A DNA stretch of 64,000 nucleotides from the human T2T-CHM13v2.0 reference genome, Homo sapiens, in assembly GCF_009914755.1 (NCBI RefSeq), contig NC_060941.1; one strand, given 5' to 3'. Below, piece by piece: positions 33,943 to 64,000 of the stretch (position 1 is the stretch's first letter; the number at the start of each line of letters is the position of its first letter). The position numbers and the translations under genes were made by a program. Under the pieces are notes generated by a model. That model ran no database searches. It had not been told where the DNA came from and was given only the letters and a program-made list of their open reading frames with translations.

Positions 33943-34635
33943 AACAAAAGTCAAATTAGTCTTTATGCAAATCTCCTGTGCCCCTAAAACTAGTCACCCA
34001 GGCTGAGCTTGGTTACCTGTGGGGACAGTGAGCTCATTACCTTGTATGGATGCCTATTTTATTGTAGTACGACTTTGCTCGAAGCTGACCGCTGTTTTCA
34101 TCTGGAATCTCTGTAACTGCATTGCTCGGTCCAGTCTTGACCCTTGGCCCGCACGTCCCCACTTACCCCCATTCAACAAGGTTCACCCCTCTTTCCACTA
34201 AGAGCCCTGCAGACACTGGAAGGCTGCTTTTTCACCCTGAGTCTTCCCTTCCCTCCCCTTGGCTGGTCACCCCGGCCTCTGCAGCTATATTTGGGATTCC
34301 TCACCTGCCTGGGCTGATCTTTGTCGGAAGGGTTCAGGTTTTGCAGGCACCCTGCAGGAGCCCCATGGACACGAGGATGGACAGCTAGAGGCGATGGGCC
34401 TCACCCTCCTTATTTACAGATCAGTAAGCTGAGACCCTGAGCAGGGGTGCTGCTAACTTGCGATAGGACAACACAGAGGTGGTCAGGGCAGGGTCGGGAC
34501 GTGAGGGGCTGCTCTTGTCGTCTGTGACGTGCTGGCCCCTGGTTCTTTTCCTGCTTCTCCATCAGCTCCATCCTTGCTGCTTTCTGACTTGGACCCTCAG
34601 CTCTTGGGCACTGCAAGAATGCTGGCCTGTCTTAG

Positions 34636-35128
<493 letters not shown>

Positions 35129-35751
35129 GGAAATCTGGAGTTTTAGACAAAATCTTGACAACTAACTGCAGACTTTAAAGAACAGAGCTGGCTGCAGCCT
35201 ACCCTGCAGACCAGAGTCAGCCGGACCCTCTGCTCTGCTCACCTCCTTAGGCCTCAGCTCTTGTTTCTTTGTGGCTGACTCCCAAGTCCCTCTCCCCAGG
35301 TCATCCCCAAGAACAGTGCTCTTGCCCCGACCTCAGTGGCTGGCTGGTCATTTCGGCTCTGTTCCCAGACTGAACTGACTCTCAATTAACCTTTTCTCTC
35401 TTTCAGATCCAGTTCTTTTCTGTCACTGGGTTGAGAAGCCTCTGAGTCATGGGGGGGTGGTTCCTCCTGTCTCCCGGTTCAGGCCCATTATCTCCTGCCC
35501 AGTGACACAGGCTTTCTAATTAACCTCCTCCTCCGGTCTCTGCCAGCTGTGACTAACTCTTCATCCCTCAAGCTGGCTCCAGCTCTGCCTTCCCTATTAC
35601 TAGACGCTGGCCCGAAGGCAGACCTTGATAGTGTTGACTCTGATGGGCTTCTCATGCCAGGATGCTGGTGTAGGGACCCCCAGCCCCCATCTGGTGGGGG
35701 GCTGTCTTTGGGTCACAGCAAATAGTTTGTTCCTTCCTTCCCTCCCCCAGG

Positions 35752-36540
<789 letters not shown>

Positions 36541-36689
36541 TTCCCCAAGGGATACACAAGTGTGGTGACCGTCAGTGGTTGGGCAATGACTCAGGTCAGG
36601 CTGGATGTTAAAATGGGCTCCTGGTGGGCGTGAGCCCCTCTGGGCCAGGGCTTCTGGTAACATTTGAGGCTGGCTGACTCTTTGTTTTA

Positions 36690-37180
<491 letters not shown>

Positions 37181-38533
37181 AGGCCTAGTAGGTTCACCTT
37201 GACAGCATTCTCAAATATTCACAGAAGAAAAGGGGCAAAGGACACCAAGTGGGGACCCCAGCTTACTGATTGATTTGTGGGCTTGGCAGTCAGGCAGCCT
37301 CTGTTTAAATCCTGACTCTACCAGCTGGGTGACCTTGGACAAGTTACTTAACCTCTCTGTGCCTCTGTCAGTTCTGGTTTTGTTTTCTCACAATCGTGCC
37401 TCCTCTTGATCTTCAGCTGCAGCCCGAGGGTGGAACTTGCTGTGTGTGGCTGGGCACTTTCGCCTGTGGCTGTGCTGCTCTGCCCACAGGGAACATGCCT
37501 TTGCTGCCCCTTCCCTGTCAGCATCAGGGTCACAACCTGCCCGTCCTTCCAGGGCCAGCTTCCATGCAGCTTCCTCCACGCACAGCCCCTTCCCCATCGG
37601 CATGGAAGGCTCTCTTCCTTGTGCCCCTGGGGCAGCCGGAACCTCAGGTCACATGCAGCTCCTCCCGCGCCGTGGGGATCTGGTGGTTTCTGTCTGAGTT
37701 CCTCCCCACTTGGGGTCTGAGACCGTGGGAGCCTCTAGCGTGCCCAGCTCGGGCTGTCTCACTGTTTGTTACCCAGGTGAGGTGGCTGTCCCCTCCCTAC
37801 CTTGGGTTGAGCTGTGAACCAGTAGGTTACCGCAGTGTGGTACCACCCCCCCCAACCCCAACACCCAGCTCATTCTGAGAGGGTGGAGTGGGCGGAAATC
37901 CGTGCCTGGCAGACCACAAAGCCACATAACTGACTTTTGTAGCCCTGCCCTGGGGTGTTGGGGGGGAGGGTTGACGGCAGCCATTGCCCCTTTCTTCGGT
38001 GCTTTGCCACCAGCAGACGCCCCGTGGAATTGAGGAGCTTTGTTCTACGAGCTCGGGAACGGGACTTGGGAGGGACAGCCCCTGTCCCACCCTGCCATGC
38101 CCTGTTCAACCCTGTCAGGCAGCTGAACGTAGGCTGGACCCATGGCTGCCCACCCTGGCTGCAGTACAGAGTCACCTAGGGGACCGCGTTAAAATGCAGC
38201 TTCCGGACCCCACCCTGGGGCTTGGGGATTCTGCCTCATCAGCCTGGGTGGGGCCCAGGAAACCTGTGTGTTACCAGCGCTGAGGTGCTGCTGATGAGGC
38301 AGCTGGCTTCACAGCTGCACGGGAACCAGTGCCGTTTAAAGCACTTTCCCCCACAGTGCGGCTCCAGCAGTCAGGTTCACGTACTCTGGGTGACCTGGGG
38401 CAGGCTGCGCAACCTCTCTGTGCCCCAGTTTCTTTGTCTGAGGATAATAACAGTACCTGCACGTGGGTGCGCTTGTTGTGAGGCTTAAATGAGATTATCC
38501 AGGTGAAATGGGAACAGAGTGCCTGGTACCTAG

Positions 38534-38912
<379 letters not shown>

Positions 38913-39426
38913 TAACAACAGTCCTGGGCTGTGCGGTCACACACGTGTAACTGTGCGATGTGCCCTCGTGCCTGCAGGCGTACCTACGCAGGCACACTGA
39001 GCATTGTGTACCGGGACCCAGGCCTCCCTGCTGAGGACAGAGCATCCCTGTGGTACATGCGTGGACGCAGTCACTGGCTGGACGTGGTCAGAAGGGCAGA
39101 CGTGTGTGTACACAAGGCCCAGACAAGCGGGTTTTTATTTGATTCACACTCTGACCTTATTCCTCGAGTTAGCAGCACCTGGGCTGAGCTCTGGGAGCCC
39201 AAGGTGCCCCTTGTTTCCATAGCAACCATAATCTGGTAAAAATAGGCGGGGGAGGGAAGAGCTGGAAGAGGCCCGAGCCGGCTCCGGGGGCATCCTGCCT
39301 GCTAAGGTCCTTTTTTCCACATTGCTGACCATACAGAGGTGCTGTTTTGTTTTGTTTTTTTTTTTTTCTTAGGATAATGACATGCAAACCTCTGAGTACT
39401 CATGACTCAGAATTGACACTTGTTAA

Positions 39427-41914
<2,488 letters not shown>

Positions 41915-42108
41915 TAGTTTTTTCTTTTTGGTGCCATGCATATTAATTTGTACAAATAGATCACATTTTTTTTGTATCCCCCATTGATCCCCTCTTGCTG
42001 GACACCTAGGTCGTTTCCATTTTCTGATATTGCAAGCAATGCTGCAGGCAGTGGCTTTCCCCTTGCCTGGCCCTCTGTGCGTTTGTGTGAGGTCATGAGG
42101 GGTACCTA

Positions 42109-42476
<368 letters not shown>

Positions 42477-42569
42477 TTAGTATTTTCACTGCTCCCAATT
42501 CTATGATTCCCATTCCCCACGTCCTCACTGATGTTTGATTTTCATGTTGATTTGAGTGACAGAAGCATA

Positions 42570-43506
<937 letters not shown>

Positions 43507-43519
43507 AAGTGTGGTGTTT

Positions 43520-43689
43520 TAAATTTAAGTGAATTAAGTACAATTAAAAATGCAGCTCCTCGGTTGCACTAGCCACATCTCAAGGGCTCAGTAGCCACAT
43601 GTGGCTGGTGGCTACCATAGGGAACAACGCAGGTACAGAACATTACAGAACATTTTCATCATCCCAGAAAGTTCTACTGTACAGCGCTG
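43520..43689. mobile_element. MER3-like hAT-Charlie fossil
   Basis: gcactagccacat...ctcagtagccacatgtggctggtggctacc...cagaaagttctactgtacagcgctg. Confidence 0.75.
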
Positions 43690-44171
43690 GTTGAGAATGA
43701 GGTCCAGACTCCCCTGGAGGACTTCCAAGGGCTGGACAAGCCCAGAGAGTCTATGCTGTCTATGATGGATTACGCACTGCAGAAACGTCCCTGGACCCCC
43801 AGGCCAGAAGGCATCTGAACCGCATAAAGCCAGTGCCACCGGGTGGTGCTGAGGAGGAGGAGGCGGCAAGCTGGTGTCTGGGGCAGTGAGGATTTCAGAT
43901 GCAGCTCCTGCCTCCTTGGGCAGACAGAACTGTCACCTCCAGGGTTGCCCAATCCCATGGTCAGCACCCAGTTCAAGCATAATATGTCGTGGGTCCTGGT
44001 GTCTCTTGCATTCACGCACACACACACACAGGTATGTACCATTGAGACATGACCACGCAGGGTCACCCAGGTTCACACATACAGCCTCATTCATGCTCAG
44101 AAACAGTTCCCCAAAAGGCACAAACACGGTCTTTGCCGATTGCCATTATAACAGCAACAAAAATAGCTGTT

Positions 44172-44842
44172 AGGCTGGGCGCCGTGGTTCACGCCTGTAA
44201 TCATAGCACTTTGGGAGGCTGAGGCCAGAGGATCACTTGAGCCCAGGAGTTTAACACTAGCCTGGGCAACATGGTGAAACCTCGTTGCCAAAGAAAATTA
44301 AAAAACAATTAGCCAGGTGTTGTGTGGTATGTGCCTGTAGTCTCAGCTACTTGGGAGTCAGGTGGGAGGATTGCTTGAGCCCAGGAGTGGGAAGCTGCAG
44401 TGAGCTATGATCACACCACCGTACTCCGCCTGGAGGACAATAAAACCCTGTTTTTTTTTGTTTTTTTTGTTTTTTTTTTTTTTAAGAAAAGGTGGCTCAC
44501 GCCTATAATCCCAGCACTTTTTTTTTTTCCTTTGGGGAAATTTTTTTTTTAATTATACTTTAAGTTTTAGCGTACATGTGCACAACGTGCAGGTTTGTTA
44601 CATATGTATACATGTGCCATGTTGGTGTGCTGCACCCATTAACTCTTCATTTAACATTAGGTATATCTCCTAATGCTATCCCTCCCCACTCCCCCCAGTC
44701 CCAGCACTTTGAGCGGCTGAGGCAGCTGTGAGGTCAGGAGTTCTAGACCAGCCTGACCAACATGGTGAAACCCTGTCTCTACTAAAAATACAAAAAGTAG
44801 CCGGGTGTGGTGGTGCGCATCTGTAATTTCAGTTACTCAGGG
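44172..44842 (+). mobile_element. AluJ-like element followed by a partial Alu interrupted by L1
   Basis: 44172-44450 Alu; second Alu 44491-44520 resumes at 44699. Confidence 0.85.
44521..44697 (-). mobile_element. L1PA 3' end inserted into an Alu
   Basis: aattatactttaagttttagcgtacatgtgcacaacgtgcagg...; TSD tcccagcacttt (44509-44520 / 44699-44710). Confidence 0.95.
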
Positions 44843-45674
44843 AGTGCTGCTTCCTTGGGGTGAGGCACAGCCCTGCGGCGAGTCTCTTGGTAAAGTGAAA
44901 AATGCTGTAAATGGGTGGCTGAGATGGGTGCAGAGGATTGGGGTGTCATGGGGATGGCGGGTGGCATGGGGCTGGCTTCCGGATACCTCATCCCTGACAT
45001 TTTCTCTGTTGACATTGGAACCCAGGATGTCCAGATGCTGTTTTTGAAGCCCTATCGGCCAGGGAGTCAATGGGCCCCCACTTTGCCTGGGAGGGCTGTG
45101 TCCTGGTGTCCTGTGGGGTTTTGGTCTCCCACCCCGGGGCCTAAGGGCCTCAGAATGAACTGGAACCCAACCTTTGTCAGGGGAGCCCCAGCAATGTCTG
45201 CACGACATACGCCCCCAAACAGCGTGGGTTCAGGAATTTGTAAGTGTTTGAGAAAGAAAAACTGTTAGGATTCTAGTTTCGTTGAAAAGCCATTTTGCCT
45301 TTGTCTTCCTCTGGGCACCTGACCATCCATTCTTAGCCCACCTGAGTATTGAGCATACACTATCGTCTCTGCAGTGGAGGTGGTCCTGGACGCATGGCGT
45401 AACGTGGGCTCTCTGGGCCCTCCAGAAAAGTGTGCCACTCGCTCCTCTCCGGCTGGGCCGTCAGAACCCACAGCTCACACACACATCCAGTCAAGGTCAG
45501 AAGAGGTGGCTGCATTCCTGACTCAAGGTCAAAAGAGGCAACTACATAATCAGTGAGTGGCCCTGAGGGGCCAGTAAGCAATAAGGCAGCGGGAAAGGGT
45601 GCAGAGCAATTGTGGAGCAATTACTAAGCAAGCAGAATGGGAAGCAACACGACTGAACAAGAAACAGCACATGG

Positions 45675-46626
<952 letters not shown>

Positions 46627-46787
46627 CTAAGTAGAAGCAGAGGCTTGGCCAGAGAGGAGGAGGAGGCGGCGGCTGGAGATGCCTGTGGTGGTTCGAAAGG
46701 AAGCACCTGGACTGTTTGAGGGAAGCCTCTGTACAATGTCCAATTTTACCCCAAAACGTATCATGCTGCCTCCCTGCACCACTTCCT

Positions 46788-48126
<1,339 letters not shown>

Positions 48127-48557
48127 TGCAGGGGGCATTTCACACTGAGGAAACAGTAAGGGCAAAGGCTGGGGGTGGGTGGGGAAGTGTGTAGAGCTGT
48201 TTGAGAAGCGGTGAGCCAGGCTCTCGAAATGGATGGAGGGACATGGCAGGAAACAGCCAGAGGCGAGGGTGGGGATCCGCTCGGGGAGGCTCTGAGTGTG
48301 TTGCCGGCGAGATGACGGGTGCCCTGGAAGAGCGGGATGGGGGAACCGCCTGTCTCCTTGGTGACTTGGGAAGGCGGCCTTGGGAGCTTTGGGGATGGAT
48401 TGCGGAAGGGAGGAGATGCTTGCTGTGCTCCTGAGGAGGGGTGGGGCCTGAATGTCCTCTTGGCTGGGGTTGGAGGGGAGGGCCAGGCTAGGGTCCTAAG
48501 AAGGTGAATCCTGAGCCCAGGCATCTAGCCCACGTGCAGCATGAAAGGAGGATTTCC

Positions 48558-50198
<1,641 letters not shown>

Positions 50199-50435
50199 AT
50201 AATACTGCGATTTCCTAGCAATGCCCAGTGACTTACCCTAAATTCAGTGAAAGTTGAAAAAAAAAAAGAAGTGGCATTTGAAGGAGACCCGAAGGAAGAA
50301 AAGGAGCCAGTGTGAAGCTGTCTGGGGAAGAGCATTCCAGGTGGTGGGAACAGGCTTGGCAGGTGTGAAGATGAGGAAGGAGGCCCCTGAAGAGCCGGCG
50401 GGAAGAGCGGGTGGATGGGAACACAGTTTCCCCGT

Positions 50436-50454
50436 CCGCCAGCAGGTGGCACTG
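50436..50454 (+). promoter_or_regulatory. CTCF-like motif
   Basis: ccgCCAGCAGGTGGCACtg, close fit to the CTCF core. Confidence 0.6.
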
Positions 50455-50684
50455 TTGGCCCAGGACTGCCCGGGCATGGCTGGGAGAGCAGGTGGGGCCG
50501 CGGGTTCTTTGACCTCAGGTTTGTGATTCTGGCTGTGGGCTCATCACAGGCTCTACCTCCACCCTCTGGGGAGATAAGCCCTGGCCGGGGGCAGAAGAGC
50601 AGTTGTAATGGTTTCCTGGCTGTTCTCCTTCCCCAACGGGTCTTGCTTTCAGTGTTTCTTTGCTTGCTCCCTCTCCAGAGGTGA

Positions 50685-51125
<441 letters not shown>

Positions 51126-51658
51126 AATTACTTGCTTTCCTGATGTAGCTCAGATGGAGCGGGTGGTGAGTTAGGATCAGGAAGGTGCTGTTTCTCATCC
51201 CATTGCCTACCCTTCCTTCCCGTGGCTTCAGATCTCCATAAAGGGCTGGGGCTGGGGTCGTGACCCCGTCGGTAGAAAATGGTCCCAGCGACCCTTCTCT
51301 CCTGGAGCCCATGGACCCACCTCCCAGTGCCATGCCCTGCTCACCTCCAGCCCCTCTAGCAGGCAGCCCTGTCTTCATGTGAGAAGGGAGAACTGGATGG
51401 CAAAGCAGATGGCACAGAACAGCCGCACAAGAGCTCACCGAAGGGCTTGTTATGAAAGAGTCATTTTTGTCAACAGAAGTACGCTTCTGCCCTATACTCC
51501 GTGCTCTGTGAATTATTTCTCAGGGGAGACTAAGCTGGCCAGAGCCTGGTGGTGGCCTCCTGGCTGTCGGATGTCAGAGTTAGGGCTGCAGGTTGAGGGG
51601 TCCTTGGCTTTGGTCTGTGAGTACCATGGTGGTTAAGAGCCTGGTCTCTCTCTCTTAA

Positions 51659-52694
<1,036 letters not shown>

Positions 52695-52760
52695 CTACAT
52701 TCTAAAATTCACTTTGAGGTTCTTTCCAGTGCTTCTTTATTCACATGTAAGATGAGCATA

Positions 52761-53453
52761 TCCTTTTCTTACCTCCACTCCCCTTCCCTCCCTTCCCCTC
52801 CCCTCCCCTTCCCTCCCTTCCCCTCCCCTTCCCTCCACTTCCCTCCCCTCCCCTCCTCTCCCCTCCCTTTCCTTCCCCTCCCTCCCCTGCCCTTCCTTCC
52901 TCTCCCCTCCCCTTCCCTCCCTTTCCCTCCCCTCCTTCCCCTCCCCTTCCCTCCCTTCCCCTCCCCTCCCTTCCCCTCCCCTCCTCTCCCCTCCCTCCCC
53001 TCCCCTTCCTTCCCCTCCCCTCCTCCCCCCTCCCTCCCCTCTGCTTCCTTCCCCTCCCCTCCCCTTCCCTCCCTTTCCCTCCCCTCCCTTCCCCTCCCCT
53101 CCCCTTCCCTCCCTTCCCCTCCCCTCCTCTCCCCTCCCTCCCCTCCCCTTTTCTCCCTTCCCCTCCCATCCCCTACACTTCCCTCCCCTCCCCTTCCCTA
53201 CACTTCCGTCCCCTCCCCTTCCCTACACTTCCCTTCCCTCCCCTCCCCTCCCTTTCCCTCCTCTTCCCTCCCCTCCCTTCCCGTCCCCTTCCCTCCCTTC
53301 CCCTCCCCCACCCTCCCTTCCCCTCCCTTCTTCTCTCCCCCTCCCCTCCCCTTCCCTCCCTTCCCCTCCCCTCCCCTCCCCTCCCTTTCCCTCCCCTCCC
53401 CTCCCCTCCCTTCCCATCCCCTTCCCTCTTTCTTTTTCTTTCTTTCTTTTTTT
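52761..53453 (+). repeat. Polypyrimidine (CCCCT/CCCTT)n tract, ~690 bp
   Basis: Almost purine-free; merges into the T-tail of Alu 53427-53734. Confidence 0.97.
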
Positions 53454-53734
53454 GAGATGGAGTCTTGCTCTGTTGCCAGGCTGGAGTGCAGTGGTGTGAT
53501 CTCGGCTCACTGCAACCTCTGCCTCCCGGGTTCAAGGATTCTCCTGCCTTAGCCTCCCGAGTAGTTGGGACTACAGGCACCTGCCACCACGCCCAGCTAC
53601 TTTTTGTATTTTTAGTAGAGATGGGATTTCACTACATTGGCCAGGCTGGTCTTGAACTCCTGACCTCAGGTGATCTGCCTGCTCCAGCCTCCCAAAATGC
53701 TGGGATTACAGGTGTGAGCCACCATGCCCAGCCT
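53427..53734 (-). mobile_element. AluS
   Basis: Antisense dimer. Confidence 0.92.
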
Positions 53735-53964
53735 CCTATTTCTTTTTCTTAAATAAAAGGTAATATCCTACAAAACACTGTTTTACATCTTGCCTTTTTC
53801 TCTGGAGAATTCCTGTCTGACCACTGAGAGCTGCTGCTGCCTCTGCCCCATTCCTTTTAAAAATAACTGTGTAGTATTTAACGGTGTGGATTTAATTTTA
53901 GAGACTGATGATTCCTTTCAGAAATTTAATTTTGTATAACGTAAGTAATATAAGAATACATTTT

Positions 53965-55355
<1,391 letters not shown>

Positions 55356-55485
55356 CCAGTATTTTTACATGTACCTTAAGTAACCATCAATGTCCATACA
55401 TACACAGTTAGCTCATTCCTTCTAATCACAGTTTAGGGTCCAGCTTACAAATATACCACACCCTGCTTATCTGTTTCTCCTGTAA

Positions 55486-55818
<333 letters not shown>

Positions 55819-55829
55819 TGAAAAGTGCC

Positions 55830-56105
<276 letters not shown>

Positions 56106-56871
56106 CTACACATGAAAGTGTTTCTCTAGACTTGAGTGAATCCTAGATGTGAGATTGCTGGGTGATAGGGTAGGTGACTTTCTATTTCATCATACTGCAA
56201 ATTGCCTGCCAATTTCTATGCCACTAGTAGGAGTGTACATGTTGCTTGTCTGTTGGGTGAAGCATCCTGTCTCCTTGCTGTGGTTGCATTCCCTGATTTC
56301 CAGCCCTCTGAGCAGCTCTGGCTGTGTCCTGCGTGCTGTACCCTCCGCCCAGAGAAGCACTGTCCTCCGTAAGTCAGGTGGACTCTCGGCCTCTGAAGTT
56401 CCTGCACCCGCCTGGTGTCTTTGCAGCATGGTCTTTTGCTGAGAATAACCTCGACCTTCTCCTTTTCAAAAGCCCTCCAGAGGGCTTTACTGACCAGAGA
56501 GGTGGCTAGAGAGTTGGCTGTGGGATTGACCACACTGACTTCCCCAGACCCATCTTAAGAGGCTGGCTTTAGATTTTCATCCTATCCCAGTTCTTAAGAT
56601 GTAAGTTCTGCCCTGAGGGCCCCTGGGGGAAGCCACAGCTTAAAGCTCAAATGCATTTCCCTTGCTGAAGGAGCTGAGCCAGCCAATTCCCCTTGTGCTA
56701 GTTCAGGGGTTTTGTCTGCCAATCTCAAACCCAGGAACAAGTTCTAAGAACTGGGTCCCTTGAGAGACCTAGAGTCTGGCAGTTGGGTGGGAAGAGGATT
56801 GACCTTGGAGACAGTTTCTGTCACCTACACCCACCTCCTGAGAAATAACTTCAAGAGAGGAAGGACCATCT

Positions 56872-58095
<1,224 letters not shown>

Positions 58096-58357
58096 TAGAA
58101 CAGCAGACCTGGCAAAGTTGTTTAGTAGAACGTCTCACATTTTGGATTTATCTGAATGCTTCCTTTTTTTATTCCCCAACATTTTCCTGGAATAGTCCTT
58201 GATTTTACGGAAGAAAGATGAAATGAGTAGCTTGTGTGCTGACAGTGAAGAGGAAGGGAGACACTCCTGTTTTATCTGCTGGGGCCAGATTTGTGCCAGC
58301 CCTGCCTTTTCCTTGGGTGTGGTTGAGAGGACTGTGCGCAGACCGCCCCCAGCCAGC

Positions 58358-58413
58358 CACTGGCGGGGTGTGTTGGTGCATCTGGCACTGGCGGGGTGTG
58401 TTGGTGCATCTGG
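58358..58413 (+). repeat. 28-bp perfect tandem duplication
   Basis: cactggcggggtgtgttggtgcatctgg x2. Confidence 0.95.
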
Positions 58414-58706
58414 GTGTTAGGAGGTAGGTCCAGGGGCTTCTCCTGGGAAGTTGTCCCCATGTCGCCTTCGGGGGGTGCTCCCTGTGGGAGAATGAGTGGT
58501 GTGGTCGTCCCCCTTGCCTGAAGCTGTTATTTTGTTCCCTCCTGTGTTTCCTTGCCGGTTGGGTAGAGGTCTACTATGTTCACTAACTAGGTTACTAGTG
58601 ACAGAAACCTTACTCAAACTGGCTTAAGAAAAAAAAAAAGAAACCAAAAGGAAAAACAAAGTCCATGAAAACTTTTGTAATTGGTAAGTTTAAGGAACCT
58701 GGCTTT

Positions 58707-60674
<1,968 letters not shown>

Positions 60675-61377
60675 TTGTGTTCCTTCTTGATGGGGCTGAC
60701 AGGATCCAGTGGAGTGGTAGGTGTGGAAGTGCAGGCAGCTGGCGACATGCTGAACCCAGGGGGTGGTGTGTGCTGCCCTGCAAGGTGATTCTTCTGCTCC
60801 AGGGTGAGCAGGGCCTGTCCTTGGACTTGCTCTTTGGAGAGTTGGGATGGTGACCTGTACTGGGATGGTGACCTGTACTGGGTTGTTGACCCCTCGGGAT
60901 GTGTGGGGTGATTCTTCCACAGATGAACATAGCATGGGGCAGAACACTGTCCCACTGCGGGAACCCTTTGCTCATTCTCCGAGCTCCAGATGAGGAAGGG
61001 AGGCGGGTGGAATTGGATGAATTGGCGCAGTGATTCCGAAATTGTAACCGGGGGAGATGACATTTGGTGGTAAGAGGACGGGACACAGCATTCCCCGAAA
61101 CTGATCCCCGGAGAGAAAGCTGTTTATTCCCTTTGCAGTTCTCTTTCTGTGCAGCTCATCACTTCAAGGAGAATGTCTCAGTTAGGGGCTAATATATGTC
61201 TTTAACACCTTTCTAACATTTGCTAACCTTCCTTATTAACAGAGAGAGTGGGTCTCAAGCCTCAGGCCTTGGGCAGGCGACAGTGTTTAGCAGACTGTAA
61301 TAACATTATTCAATTTTCATTATATTTACCTTTTTTCTGGTAGACATTTTTTTTTAAGGTTTAAAAATTATAGAAAA

Positions 61378-63962
<2,585 letters not shown>

Positions 63963-64000
63963 GATTTGGGGACATTTTAAAAAGCAGGAAAGCCACCCTG

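Overview
Primate (human-like) genomic DNA, GC-rich and Alu-saturated: about 80 Alu copies or fragments by my manual count, roughly a third of the window. It contains the 5' end of RAP1GAP2 on the + strand. Coding exon 1 is 19669-19712 (MFGRKRSVSFGGFG-W) and the 36-nt exon 2 is 23656-23691 (W-IDKTMLASLKVK). Intron 2 then runs for more than 40 kb to the end of the window. A CpG-rich segment with splice donors at the window start looks like an upstream alternative promoter or non-coding first exon. The rest is repeats: a solo HERV-E LTR2B, a MER61-type LTR, MLT1/MLT2 LTRs, MER3/MER5/MER20 fossils, MIR/L2/L1 fragments, a 16-bp minisatellite and a ~690-bp polypyrimidine tract. Nearly all ORF-track entries are repeat-derived or chance ORFs. 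I cannot demonstrate a new biological system from sequence alone. The best leads are: (1) a promoter choice that would delete the Ser7/Ser9 phospho/14-3-3 switch; (2) an in-frame candidate exon just downstream of a sense MER61 LTR; (3) a (TG)14-abutted cryptic poison exon with TDP-43-type architecture; (4) a sense LTR2B next to paired CTCF motifs; (5) an Alu-L1 chimeric insertion inside a single target-site duplication; (6) a minisatellite built from HRE/MRE-core units. Repeat boundaries were read by eye and are approximate.
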